From positions 203,858,001 to 203,922,000 of the forward strand of contig NC_086100.1 in NCBI RefSeq assembly GCF_963921235.1: a DNA stretch of 64,000 nucleotides. The letters run 5' to 3'. Each line of letters opens with the position of its first letter. Positions within the stretch are counted from its first letter, which is position 1. Below are positions 40,087 through 53,039 of the stretch, in pieces. The position numbers and the translations under genes are program-made. Under the pieces are notes generated by a model that worked only from the letters and a program-made list of their open reading frames with translations, was not told the DNA's origin and searched no databases. This DNA comes from Mobula hypostoma. Lineage: Eukaryota.

Positions 40087-40090
<4 letters not shown>
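35976..40090 (+). mobile_element. Second Tc1-like transposon copy, split by a CR1 insertion (Tc1 parts 35976-36250 and 39350-40090)
   Basis: TA|CAGTGACATGCAAAAGTTTGGGCAC start; inner DR near 36171; colinear with the 1179-2191 copy on both sides of the insert; transposase MGSSKQLP..SGTPRKRS. Confidence 0.9.
36251..39340 (-). mobile_element. Young CR1 LINE with almost intact ORF2 (single TGG>TAG at 38415-38417) and complete 3' UTR/tail
   Basis: ORFs 38415..39317 (APE) and 36345..38411 (RT, FADD) are in one frame; (TTCTATGT)n tail at 36251; GTTAG repeated at both junctions. Confidence 0.95.

Positions 40091-40138
<48 letters not shown>
40090..40138. repeat. (TG)n microsatellite
   Basis: Pure TG run of about 48 bp. 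Confidence 0.95.
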
Positions 40139-40139
<1 letters not shown>

Positions 40140-40800
40140 AGGATAGTTGGATGACCTGAGAGGGGGTAAGATAGCTTTGGCTAAGTGATTACAGACTTTG
40201 AGAGAAGGGAAAGTATTTGCCTCTTCTGTTATGCTTTTTTGATGAATTGCAACCGTCAAAAGTCCATTTAGGTTGCATTTGTTATTCGGTCAGACAGTAC
40301 GGCCCTCCACCGTTGCATTGTTTTAAATGTCAAAGGTGGGATATGTTCCTTCTTCTTGCAGGGGGAATTGCAATGTGCAAATTACAGATGTAAACATGAA
40401 TATGGGGATTGTGACGTTGGTGCTGAGGCAAGATGCTACAACGGTGCACGTGTACAGAAATCTGCTCATTTAGGTTGCCCAGTTTTACAAAAGTCTCAAG
40501 AAGTTCAGAAAGTGAAAATAGTGAATAACGTTTTCTCTGCTGAAGCTACGAGATTTGAATTTTCTGCATCTGGTGGATGTTAGGGTAAAACAGACACTTC
40601 CGTGGATTCAGATGGAGGAAGACCATGGAGAGATGTGAAAGCGGGGAATGTGGGAGATGAGGCATCTAGTGAAGTGTTGATTCTTAAAAAAAATAGATTT
40701 TATTGTGGTATTATATGCTGTGGCTAATGGATGAGTGTAGGTGGGAAAGAAATCTGGTAGATTCAGAATAGTGATGGATACAGCATGCCGGGTATTTTGG
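40140..40800 (+). mobile_element. I/Nimb-like LINE ORF1 (gag-like zinc knuckle) remnant
   Basis: VHLGCICYSVRQYGPPPLHCFKCQR..HEYGDCDVGAEARCYN resembles CCHC-knuckle ORF1 of I-clade LINEs. Confidence 0.55.
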
Positions 40801-40809
40801 ATTAGTGGG

Positions 40810-42015
40810 GACTACTGCAGAACAGGTGCATGGCCTGCCCCACCGAACTCATTTCTGCATACCTCGCCACTGTTTTATCCCCCCTTGTTCAATCCCTTCC
40901 TACCTATATTCCTGACACTTCTCATGCTTTGAAATTTTTCGATGATTTTAAGTTCCTTGGCCATCACTGCTTTATTTTCATCATGGATGTCCAGTCCCTA
41001 TATACTTTTATCCCCCTCCAGTAAGGTCTCAAAGCTCTCCGCTACTTTTTGGATTCTAGACCTAACCAGTTCCCCTCTACCACCATTCTGCTCCGTCTAG
41101 CGGAATTAGTCCTTACTCTTAATAATTTCTCCTTTGGCTCCTCCCACTTCCTCCAAACTAAAGATGTAGCCATGGGCACCTGCATGGGTCCCAGCTATGC
41201 CTGCCTCTTTGTTGGCTTTGTGGAACAATCCATGCTCCAAACTGTCCCCCACTTTTCCTTCGCTACATCGACGACTGCATTGGCGCTGCTTCCTGCACGC
41301 ATGCTGAGCACATTGACTTCATTAACTTTGCCTCCAACTTCTACCCTGCCCTCAAGTTTACCTGGCACATTTTCGAAATATCCCTCCCCTTCTAGATCTT
41401 TCTGTCTCTGTCTCTGGAGACAGCTTATCTACCGATGTCTACTATAAGTCGACAGACTCTCGCAGCTATCTGGACTATTCCTCTTCTCACCCTATCTCTT
41501 GCAAAAATGCAATTCCTCCGTCTCCATCGCATCTGCTCTCAGGATGTGACTTTTCATTCCAGGACGAGGGAGATGTCCTCCTTTTTTTTTTAAAGAAAGT
41601 GGCTTCTCTTCCTCCACCATCAACTCTGCTCTCAAATGCATCTCTCCCATTTCACGCAATTCTGCTCTCACCCCATCCTCCCGCCACGCCACTAGGAATA
41701 GGGTTCCTCTTGTCTTCACCTACCACCCCACCAGCCTCCGGGTTCAACATATAATTCTCCGTAACTTCCGCCACCTCCAACGGGATCCCACCACTAAGCA
41801 CATCTTTCCCTCCCGCTTCCATCTGCTTTCCGCAGTGATCGCTCCCTACGCGACTCCCTTGTCAATTCGTCCCCCCCATCCCTCCCCACCGATCTCCCTC
41901 TTAGCACTTATCGTTGTAAGCGGAACAAGTGCTACACATGCCCTTAAACTTCCTCCCTCACTACCGTTCAGGGCCCCAGACAGTCCTTCCAGGTGAGGCG
42001 ACACTTCACCTGTGG
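40810..42015 (+). mobile_element. Penelope-like element RT fragment
   Basis: ACPTELISAYL..PLVQSLPTYI.DT, FIMDVQSLYT, LTLNNFSFGSSHFLQTKDVAMGTCMGPSYACLF, RYIDD. Confidence 0.9.
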
Positions 42016-42489
42016 AGAAATAACTAAATCTATCAAGGCCCTCTTTAGATATAAACAATGACATAGCCTTAACAAATATCCATTATAAGGAACTCCACAT
42101 ATTCATCATCATCTTGTTATAGAAGTTTCTGTTCGAAATAGACATCCCTATATTCTGACGCTTTGTCTTCTGGATATCGATTCCCACACTGAAGAAATCA
42201 GGATATCCAGATTATCTCAGTGTAGCTCTTTTGCAATCTAATATGTTTCTGGGAGATCTCTCATTCCCCACGATCCCTCTAAAGTCCAGCATATACCAGC
42301 GCAGAGCAATTAAACGCTCCACATACGGAATAATTCCGGAAAAATTGCTTGAACATCATCTGGATACTGCATCTCTCAGATAAGGGCCATGAAATTACTT
42401 ACAATACTCGAACTACAGTCTAACCAAAGTCAATGCCTTATACACCCTCTCGAAATGAATGCTAACATTGCATTTGCTTTCATTACCAC

Positions 42490-43110
42490 CGATATAGAGA
42501 TACTTAGGTAGACAGTCGGAAAGGCAGACCGAGAGACGGTGAGATAGACAAACCGTTATATAGACATACCGGGAAAGAGAGAAACGGGGACCCGTGATGA
42601 AGAGATGGAAGGATACAGAGATACAAGGATACAGGGATACATTGATAAATGAATACAAAGATTCAGGGATGCAGCAACAGAAGGACAAGAGAGAATACAA
42701 GGGTACGAAGAGAGAGAAATTCAGAGACGGGGCAAAGTCAAACAGGGATGCAGAGATACAGAAACACAGGGATGCAGAGTCACAGCGACCCAAAGACACA
42801 GGAATTGAGGCATACGAATCCAGAGCCCTCTGTTATAGGGATAAAGGGATATGGGGATACAGAGACCTAGGGATACAGACAAAAGGGAAACAGATACAGA
42901 AGGATAAAGCGATACAGGATACAGTGATGTAAAACAGGGATTTAAAGGGAGAAGGATACAGAAGCACAGTGATACAGACATAGTCGAATAGACAAACACA
43001 GCCACATAGGGATAGTAAGATACGAAGTCACAGAGAAATAGCAATATAGAGAGAGACAGGGATACAGGGATACGGGTCAGAGAGAAACAAGGATACAGGG
43101 ATACAGTTGT
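42490..43110. repeat. Degenerate (GATACAGG/A)n minisatellite
   Basis: Many GATACAGG, GATACAGA and GACACAGG units; source of several spurious low-complexity ORFs. Confidence 0.8.
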
Positions 43111-43174
43111 GGAACATAGAACATAGAAGACAGAATAGTACAACACATTTCAGGCCCTTTGGCCCACAATGTTG

Positions 43175-43800
43175 GGAGGAGAGAGAGCAGCGCGCCGTGC
43201 GTGCGCAGCTCTCCGGTGAAAAATGATAACGTATTCGTTAAATAGGGGCCGTGGACAATTCTGATTTGATGGAGACGGACGTGAAAGCACAGAGGAACAT
43301 CTGGAGAAATTTCTCAAACGCTCCTTCGTTACTGTCGTTACTGCGGGGTCGGGAATCTTCCGGAGGGAAGGTCTCAAATCCCCCGTTTTGCCTGCTGTTG
43401 GCGACCGAGATTGAAGTCGAATCGTTCGGGCAGAGATCGCGCTCAGTACTCGGTGTCGGAGAGTTGATTCGGAGGCTTGAAGTTTTCAGATGACTCAGAG
43501 ATGGATTGCGGTCGGGCATGGCAGGGAAAGTTTTTCTTCCTTCTCCCGTCTGCGTGAGATGTGGGTCATTTGAGAGACTTTGAACTTTTTACTGTGCTCA
43601 TGGACTTCTTCATCAAGTTATGGTATTGTTGCACTGTTGTTGTTATAATTATGTGGTTTTGTCAGTTTTTTTAGTATTGGTCTGTCCTGTGTTTTGTGAT
43701 ATCACAGCGGAGGAAATATTGTATCATTTCTTAATGCAAGTAGTAATAAATGACAATAAAAGAGGACTGCGTGTCTTCATAATCTAATCTAATCTAATCT
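43175..43800 (+). mobile_element. ~626-bp non-autonomous retroposon (SINE-like) with (AATCT)n tail
   Basis: 7-bp TSD AATGTTG at 43168-43174 and 43801-43807; AATAAA motifs then AATCT repeats at the 3' end; no recognisable coding capacity. Confidence 0.8.
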
Positions 43801-45392
43801 AATGTTGTGCCGACCCTCAAGGCCTGCCTCCCATATAAGCCCCCACCTTAAATTCCTCCATATACCTGTCTAGTAGTCTCTTAAACTTCACAGGTGTATC
43901 TGCATCCACCACTGACTCAGGCAGTGTATTCCACGCATTAACCACTCTCTGAGTAAAAAAAAAACCTTCCTCTAATATCCCCCTTGAACTTCCCACCCCT
44001 TACCTTAAAGCCATGTCCTCTTGTATTGAGCAGTGGTGCCCTGGGGAAGAGGCGCTGGCTATCCACGCTATCTATTCCTCTTATTATCTTGTACACCACT
44101 ATCATGTCTCCTCTCATCCTCCTTCTCTCCAAAGAGTAAAGCCCTAGCTCCCTTAATCTCTGATCATAATGCATACTGTCTTAACCAGGCAACATCCTGG
44201 TAAATCTCCTCTGTACCCTTTCCAATGCTTCCACATCCTTCCTATAGTGAGGCGACCAAAAATGGTCACAGTACTCCAAATATGGCCGAATCAGAGTTTT
44301 ATAGAGCTGCATCATTACATCACGACTCTTAAACTCTATCCCTCGACTTATGAAAGCTAACACGACATAAGCTTTCTTAACTACACTATCCAACTGTGAG
44401 ACAACTTTCGGGAATCTGTGAAAATGTATCCCCCGATCCTTCTGCTCCACCACACTGCCAAGTATCCTACCATTTACTCTGTACTCTGCCTTGGAGTTTG
44501 TCCTTCAAAAGTGTACCACCTCACACTTCTCCGGGTTGAACTCCATCTGCCACTTCTCAGACCACTTCTGCATCCTATCAATGTCTCTCTGCAATCTTCG
44601 ACAATCCTCTACACTATTCACAACACCACCAACCTTTGTGTCGTCTGCAAACTTTCCAACCCACCCTTCTACCCCCACATCCAGGTCGTTAATAAAAATC
44701 ACAAAAATTAGAGGTCCCAGAACAGATCCTTGTTGGACACCAGTAGTCACAATTCTCCAATCCGAATGTACTCCCTACACCATGACCCTCTGCCTTCTGC
44801 AGGCAAGCAAATTCTGAATCCACCTGGCCAAACTTCCCTGGATCCCATGCCTTCTGACTTTTTGAATACGCTTACCATGTGGAACCTTGTCAAGTGCCTT
44901 ACTAAAATCCATATAGATCACATCCACTACACTACCCTCATCTATATGCCTGGTCACCTCCTCAAATAACTCTATCAGGCTTGTTAGACATGATCTGCCT
45001 TTCACAGAGCCATGCTGACTGTCCCTGATCAGACCATGATTCTCTAAATGCCCATAGATCCTATCTCTAAGAATCTATTCCAACAGCTTTACCAGCACAG
45101 ACGTCAGGGTCACTGGTCTATAATTACCCGGAGTATCCCTACTACCTTTTTTGAACAAGGGGACAACATTCGCCTCCCTCCAATCCTCCGGTACCATTCC
45201 CGTGGACAACGAGGACATAAAGATCCTAGCCAGAGGCTCAGCAATCTCTTCTCTCGCCTCATGGAGCAGCCTGGGGAATATTCCGTCAGGTCCCGGGGAC
45301 TTACCCGTCCTAATGTATTTTAACAACTCCAACACCTCCTCTCCCTGAATATCAACATGTCCAGAACATCAACCTCACTCATATTGTCCTCA

Positions 45393-48300
45393 TGTAGTCG
45401 CGCTGATACGCTACGAGTGAAAACAAGACACTGACCAACCGTTTACTATTTGAATCGGCGCGCGCTTTAGTACCCGTTCCCAGCAACCCCCGCTCTCTGA
45501 GGGGCTGAAGCCACGTTGGCTTCCGGGCTGAGATCTGCCCCGCACTCAGATTCCTCCCGGTTGCCGCTGGCTGCGGGTTTGCCGGCGACTGCTGGAGCCG
45601 GTGCGCTTGCTGCGTGGGCGACCTGCTATATCACCCCCCCCCCCCGCCCCGACACCCCCCCCCCCGAGAACCGGCGACAGGAGGTACAGAGTCCGCAGCC
45701 TGCACACTCTCAGTTCTTTTCTGTGGCCGGACTCGACGTTGTGGGTGTGGTACGGCAACTGGGCGTTTAAGGTTCAGATCCAGCGGTTTGAGATGGTCAA
45801 TGGAAAAAGTCTTGTCCCGACCGCCGATGTCGAGAACGCAGGTCGCTCCATTATGGCGCACCACCTTGTAGGGTCCTTCGTGTGGTCACTGCAGGGGGCG
45901 GTCTGTGCATGCCTCCGTGAACGAAAACATACTTGCTCTGTTGTAGGTCCCTGGGCACGAAAGAGGGTGTTGTTCCGTGATGGGACGTCGGGACTGGAGC
46001 AAGTGTTCCAAGCCACTCCCAGAGTTTAGTTAGGACCACCGTAGGTGTGTCCTCCTGGCCACGGGATGCTGGCACAAACTCACCGGGAACTATGAGCGGG
46101 GCACCGTAAACCAGTTCGGCAGATGATGCGGCCAGGTCCTCCGTGGGCGCCGTGCGGATACCAAGCAGCACCCAGGGGAGTTCGTCCCCCAATCTGGCCC
46201 TCGGAGGCGTTCCATCAGGGCTGGCTCCAAGTGCCTGTGGGAAACGTTCCACCAGGCCGTTGGACTGCGGGTGGTAAGCAGTCGTTTGGTGGAACTGGGT
46301 TCCGAGGAGTTGTGCCAGTGCAGACCACAAAGCCGATGTGAACTGCCCACCCCTGTCTGAAATGACGTGGGCTGGGAGTCCGAACCGTGCCACCCAGGTG
46401 GTAATCAGGGCTCTGGCGCATGTCTCCGTGGCCGTGTCAGCGTGTGAGATAGCTTTCGTCCACCTCGGGAACCTGTCTACCATGGTGAACAGGTATCTCG
46501 CTCCTCTCGAAACCAGCAGCGGGCTGTCGATGTCCACATGGACATGTTCGAGCCTCCTATGTGTCGGCTGGAAGGGTTGCAGTGGGGCCCACATGTGCCT
46601 CTGGGTGTTGGATGTTTGACAGTGCGTGCATGTCCTGGCCCAGTGACCGACCTGCTCGCATAGTCCGTGCCACAAAAACTAGTCTGCGATCGGCCGGATG
46701 GTCGCCCGGATGGAAGGGTGGGCTAAACCGTGCAAGGTGTCAAAAACGCGGCTCCTCCAAGCGGTCGGGACAATGGGCTGAGGTTGCTCGGTGGACACAT
46801 CGCAAAGGAGCTCATTACCTTCGGCCCCAGTGGGTATGTCTTCAAGGCGGAGTCCTGAGACTGCGGTTCGGTACGCCGGCATCTCTCCGTCCAGCCGTTG
46901 CGTCTTAGCTAACGCCGGATAATCCATCCCCGGAGACAGAGAGTGCACTGATTGGACGGAGGTTCGTGACAGCGTGTCTGCCACCACGTTGTTCTTCCTG
47001 GAGATGTGCTTGATCGTGGTGGTAAACTCCGAGATGTACGACAGATGGCGTTTTTGGCGGCCGACCACGGGTCCGACACTTTGGCAACGCAAAGTGAGGG
47101 GCTTGTGGTCTGTGAAGACCGTGAACTCTCTCCGCTCCAGGAAGTACCTGAAGTGCCGGATGGCAAGGTACAGGGCCAGCAGCTCCCTGTCGAAAGCGCT
47201 GTACTTAAGTTCCGGGGGTCGTAGGTGCCGGCTGAAGAAGCCGAGCGGCTTCCACTGACCTTCGATGAGCTGCTCGAGCACGCCGCCAACTACCGCGTCG
47301 GAGGCATCCACAGTGAGGGCAGTGGGGACGTCGATCCGGGGGTGGACCAGCAGCGTGGCGTTTGCTAGCACGTTCTTGGCTTGTTCGAAAGCCGCCTGCG
47401 CCTCCTCTGCCCAGGTGACCTCTTTGCCTTTGCCGGACATCAAGCGAAAAAGGGGCCGCATGATCCGGGCCGCCGAGGGCAGGAAACGCTGGTAAAAGTT
47501 AACCATCCCAACAAATTCCTGCAAGCCTTTAATAGTGCTGGGCCTGGTGAATTGGCGGATGGCCGCAACTTTTGCCGGCAGGGGCACTGCTCCATGGCGG
47601 TCGATCCGGTGTCCCAAGAAGGCGATGGCGGACAGGCCGAACTGGCACTTGGCCGGGTTGATAGCCAGGCCGTAGTCACTTAGGCGGCGGTAGAGCAGGC
47701 GTGAATGTGCTAGCTGTTCCTGGCGGGAACGGCTGGCGGAAAGTATGTCATCCAGGTAGATGAACAGAAAGTCCAGATCTCGCAGGACTGCGTCCATCAG
47801 GCGCTGGAAGGTCTGCTGCGCGTTTTGTTTTTAGCCCGAACGGCATCCTGAGGAACTCGAACAGGCCAAAGGGGGTACTGAGGGCCGTCTTGGGTACATC
47901 CTCCGTTTGGACTGGGATCTGATGGTACACTCGGACCAGGTCAATCTTCGAAAAGATGTGCGCCCCGTGCAGGTTGGCCGTGAAGTCCTCGATGTGCAGT
48001 ACCGGATAGCGATCAGACGTGGTGGCGTCGTTCAGCGTCCGATAGTCGCCGCACGGTCTCTACCCTCCCGCAGACTTCGGCAGAGTATGGATTGTGGAGG
48101 CCCACGGGCTGTCGGAACGCCGCACAATCCCCATCTCCTTCATCTTCTTGAATTTCTCCTTCGCGAGGCGGAGCTTGTCGGGCGGAAGCTTGCGGGCCCG
48201 GGCATGAAGGGGAGAGCTCTGTGTGGGGATGTGGTGCATCACGCCGTGCTTGGGGTTTGTTGAGGAAAACTGCGACGTGATGATAGATGTGAACTCCGAT

Positions 48301-49718
48301 AACACTCTAGCGAACTCGTTTTCCTAATGAGTGACGGAGTCCAGGTGCGTTTCCGGGAACCTGGACTCACCGGGGGAGAAAGTCTGGAACGTCTTCGCAT
48401 CGACCAATCTTCGTTCCTTCAACTCCACGATCACGCAGTGCGCGCGGAGGAAGTCCGCACCCAGCAATGGCTGTGATACTGCGGCCAGCGTAAATGTCCA
48501 TGTAAAGCCGCTGGAACCGAACTGCAAGGTTCTTGTGCCTTCGGTGCGGATGGTGCTGCTGTTGGCTGCTGAAAGTTCCGGTCCTGTTCTTATAGTTCTG
48601 GTGTCGTGGCTCGAGGCGGGTAGGACACTGATTTCCGCACCAGTGTCCACCAGGAATCTTCGCCCGGAGAGCTTATCCCAAACGTAGAAGAGGCTATCAC
48701 GGTGACCAGCCGCCGCAGCCATCAGCGACAGCTGGTCCTGGCGTATTCCCTGGAACGAGCATGGCGTTCGGCAGCGGCGGGCCCCGGAACCCACCTTTGA
48801 TGATAAAAACACCAAGACTCAGAAGCGGTGCCGTCCCTTGGTGTGGGTGTTCGGTGCTCCGCTGCTGGGGTGTGGGAGGGCTGGGCTTTCGGCCGTGCCG
48901 CAGCAGTAATTCCGACGGTCGTTCCGCCATTTTGTTTGGCGCGCCAAAGCAAGTCCGCGCAGGTAGCCACGCCGCGTGGGTCTCTGAAGTCTTCATCTGC
49001 TAGCAGGAGGCGGATATCTTCTGGCATTTGCTCCAAGAAGATCTGTTCAAACAGCAAGCAAGGCTTATGGCCGTCTACCAGTGCTAGCATGTCGTTCATC
49101 AGGGCTGATGGTGCGCGGTCGCCCAGGCCGTCCATATGCTGTCACCCCGCGGCCCGTTCACGGCGGGATAGGCCAAAGGTCTCTATGAGCAGCGCTTTGA
49201 ATGCTGCATATTTGCTTTCCTCGGGGGGTGACTGTATGAAATCCCCAACCTGTGCAGCTGTCTCCTGGTCAAGGGAGCTCACCACATAATAGTAAACAGT
49301 GGAATCCGAAGATATCTGCCGAATCTGGAACTGGGCTTGTGCTTGGTCAAACCACTCGCGTGGTCGCAGCGTCCAGAAAGTTGGCAGTTTTAGCGAAACT
49401 GCGTGAACAGATGAAGAGTCGAACATCTTTGGTCCAAATCCCGTTTGGACCGTCGGGGTCACCAATATAGCAGCGCTGATACGCTACGAGTGAAAGCAAG
49501 ACACTGACTCGAGCAGGGTCCGATTGAACCGTTGGCTGTTTGAATCGGCGCTCTTAAGTACCCGCTCCCAGCAACCCCCGCTCTTTGCGGGGCGGAAGCG
49601 ACGTCACACTCCGGGTTGAGTTCTGCCCCGCACTCAGATTCCTCTCGGTTGCCGCTGGCTGCGGGTTCGCCGGCGACTGTTGAAGCCGGTTCGCTTGCTG
49701 CGTGGGCGAGCCGACACA
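45393..49718 (-). mobile_element. Full-length Gypsy/Ty3 LTR retrotransposon, gag-pol frameshifted
   Basis: LTRs 45393-45630 and 49466-49718; TSD CTCA; PBS TGGTGACCCCGACG (tRNA-Trp) 49464-49451; G-rich PPT near 45632-45650; gag KLPTFW..WF.Q, protease FLVDTGAEISV, RT YLDDIL, RNase H DASD/TDHKPL, integrase HVHVDI..SDRG.QF..YHPQSNGLVER. Confidence 0.97.
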
Positions 49719-50994
49719 CTCACCATCATCAAGTTCCGTCTCATTGGTGAATACCGAAGAGAAGTATTCATTGAGGACTTCGCTCACTTCCACAGCCTCC
49801 AGGCACATCTTCCCACCTTTATCTCTAATCGGTCCTACCTTCACTCCTGTCATTGTTTTGTTCTTCACATAATTGAAGAATGCCTTGGGGGGTTCCTTTA
49901 TCCTTCTCGCCAAGGCCTTCTCATGCCCCCTTCTTGCTCTTCTCAGCCTCTTCTTAAGCTTCTTTCTTGCTTCCCTATATTCCTCAATAGACAAATCTGA
50001 TCCTTGCTTCCTAAACCTCATGTATGCTGCCTTCTTCCACCTGACTAGATTTTCCACCTCACTTGTCACCCATGGTTCCTTCACCCTACCATTCTTTATC
50101 TCCCTCACCGGGACAAGTTTATCCCTAACATCCTGCAACAGATCTCTAAACATCGACCACATGTTCATAGTACATTACCCTGCAAAAACATCATCCAAAT
50201 TCACGTCCGCAAGTTCTAGCCTTATAGCCTCATAATTTGCCCTTCCCCAATTAAAAAAAAATTCCTGTCCTGTCTGATTCTATGCTTTTCCATGATAATG
50301 CTAAAGGCCATTGAGCGGTGGTCACTGTCCCCTCAGACGCTCACTCATTGAGAAATCTGTGACCTGACCCGGTTCATTACCTAGATCTAGTATGGCATTC
50401 TCCCTGGTCGGCCTGTCCACATACTGTGACAGGAATCCATCCTGGACACGCTTAACAAACTCTGCCCCATCTAAACCCTTGGAACTAATCAGGTGCCAAT
50501 CAATAGTAGGGAAGTTAAAGTCACCCATGATAACAACCCTGTTATTTTTGCACCTTTCCAAAATTTGCCTCCCAATCTGTATCTCTGCTGCTACCAGGGG
50601 GCCTATAGAATACCCCCAATAGAATAACTGCTAGCTTCCTGTTCCTGACTTCCACCCATACTGACTCAAAAGAGGATTCTGCCCTTTCTGTAGCTGTACT
50701 AGCATCCCTGACCAGTAATGCCACCAATCCCCCCCTTTCCCCCCCACCTCTCTATCCCTTTCATAGCTCTGAAATCCAGGAATATTGAGAACCCATTCCT
50801 GGCCTGGTGCCAGCCACGTCTCTGTAATGGCCAGTACATCATAATTCCATGTATGTATCCAAGCTCACAGTTCATCACCTTTGTTCCTGATGCTTCTTGC
50901 ATTGAGGTACATACATTTCAGCCCTTCTGCCTTACTATCTTTACACAATTTGTTCTGCTTCTCTTTCCTCAAAGTCTCTCTATATTTTAGATCT

Positions 50995-51210
50995 GGCAGA
51001 GAGGAATGTTAAATTTGTAATCGTGTCGGAAATCCGCAATAGGTATGGTATGTTGGCGGGATCCGATTCTTGATTATACAGAGTGCTGTCGGGTATTGCG
51101 CGGGTTTTGAGCAATTTTGAGTGTGCGACCTGTTTGGTCGGTGTTGTGATGTAAGGCATACGCTGAGAACGACGTTTCTTTCTGAGGAAGGATTAGTCGT
51201 TACCAACTTG
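50995..51210 (-). other. Diverged partial paralog of the defensin upstream region (copy A)
   Basis: By-eye colinear similarity to 53040-53280 and 62110-62350 (TGTAATCGTGTCGGA / TGTAATCTTGTCGGA / TGGAATATTGTCGGA); TATA segment missing. Confidence 0.65.
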
Positions 51211-51815
51211 AAAACATAGAAACATAGAAACATAAAAAATAGGTGCAGGAATACGCCATGCGGCCCTTCAGGCCTGCACCGCCATTTATTATGATCATGG
51301 CTGATCATCCAACTCAGAACCCTGTACCAACCTTCCCTCCATACCCCCGATCCCTTTAGCCACAAGGGCCATATCTAACTCCCTCTTAAATATAGCCAAT
51401 GAACTTGCCTCAACTGTTTACTGTGGCAGAGAATTCCACAGATTCACCACTCTCTGTGTGAAGAGGTTTTTCCTAATCTCGGTCCTAAAAGGCTTCCCCT
51501 TTATCCTCAAACTGTGACCCCTCGTTCTGGACTTCCCCAACATCGGGAACAATCTTCCTGCATCTAGCCTGTTCAATCCCTTTAGGATTTTATACGCTTC
51601 AATCAGACCCCCCCCCCCACAATGTTCTAAATTCCAACGAGTACAAGCCCAGTTCATCCAGTCTTTCTTCATATGAAAGTCCTGCCATCCCAGGAATCAA
51701 TCTGGTGAACCTTCTTTGTACTCCGTCTATGGCAAGGATGTCTTTCCTCAGATTAGGGGACCACAACTGCACACAATACTCCAGGTGTGTTCTCACCAAG
51801 GCCTTGTACAACTGC
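51211..51815 (-). mobile_element. CR1 3' fragment of the young subfamily
   Basis: Near-identical to 36251-36845; AAACATAG tail. Confidence 0.9.
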
Positions 51816-52399
51816 GGGATGCACAGGAGACGCAGCTGAGGACCACGTCAACAATAATTAAGGTGAAAGACAGCAATATCTCAAAGGTGTGGGGACACTC
51901 ATTGCCAGAGTTGATATGATGCAGAAACTTGAAGAATTGAATAGAGATCTCAACGATCAGTGTGTGAGGAGATGTAGTTGAACAGCTTTGGAAGGCAGTG
52001 GAATTATAATGGTTGCTAACCTGCCCACTGAAATGGAGATGGAGATGGCAAAAAAGAAAATAACCACGTGAATATGAAAATAGTGCAGAAACTTGTAGCA
52101 AAAATAATAACATTTTCATATTCTGTGTGAGTGCAATCAGCTCCAAAAAGTAACTAATGTTGAGAGAGGGATTCTGAAATTGTCTAAAACAAGGACTGTT
52201 CCATGTATCGGAAACAGAAACAAATATAGCCTGTGCAATATGTTTCTTGCACCTCCTCTGGAAACTCTAATGCAAGCCTATCTCTCGAATAAGGGCAATA
52301 GGAATGCTTGTAATACTCGCACTACAGTGTAACCAAAGTCAATGCCTTATATGCCCTCTCGAAATGAATGCTAACATTAAATTTGCTTTCTTTGCCACC

Positions 52400-53035
52400 G
52401 ATATAGAGATACTGAGATAGAGGGAGACGGAAAGATAACGAGACTAAGATATAGATACAGAGAAACAGGGACAGAGAGATGTACAGACACAAGGATACAG
52501 GGGTACAGGAATGTAGAGACAGAGGGATACAGTGATGCAGAGATAAAGAAACACTGAGATACAGGGATGCAGGTACAACGATAAAAAAGATTGAGATTTA
52601 CAGAGATACCGAGGATCAGAGACACAGAAATAAAGACGGACAGTGATACAGGGATAGAATTAGAGAGGCATAGGGATTTAGGAACACAGTAATGCCGGGA
52701 TACGCAGACACAGGTATACAGGAATACAAGGATGCCGGAATACACAGGCACAGGAATACAGAGGTACGGGGATCGGGAGACACAGAAATACGAGGATAAA
52801 GGGTTACAGGAGGACAGAGGCAGAGCAGTAAAGAAATACAGGGATACAGGGATACTGGATTGCAGCGATATAACTTTACCGGGATACAGGGATGCCGGGA
52901 TAAACTGCAACAAGTACATAGGGACATAGAGGGACAGAGTCACGGGGTTCCAGAGACTCAGTAATACAAGGATAAAGGGTTACGGGGAGACAGAGGCAGC
53001 GGAGTAAATAAACACAGGGATACAGGGATGTAGTT
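52400..53035. repeat. Degenerate (GATACAGG/A)n minisatellite, paralog of 42490-43110
   Basis: Same units and same left flank (AACCAAAGTCAATGCCTTATA..CTCTCGAAATGAATGCTAACATT). Confidence 0.8.
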
Positions 53036-53039
53036 ATAC

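Larger units (their letters stand above)
43112..50990 (-). mobile_element. CR1 LINE (APE + RT + 3' UTR) interrupted by a SINE-like insert (43175-43800) and a Gypsy element (45393-49718)
   Basis: GAACATA tail at 43112; RT motifs 43938-45335; linker/APE motifs 49720-50900 (MGDFNFP, YRPP); sequence is continuous across both inserts. Confidence 0.92.

Noticed and set aside
42413..43146. ORFs over the GATACAGG satellite (also 52377-52943)
   Set aside because: Low-complexity translation products of a minisatellite
52060..52120. Minus-strand MKMLLFLLQVSALFSYSRG looks like a signal-peptide exon downstream of promoter copy B
   Set aside because: Weak donor (GTTATT), no similarity to defensin exon 1, and no matching six-cysteine exon found downstream; probably chance
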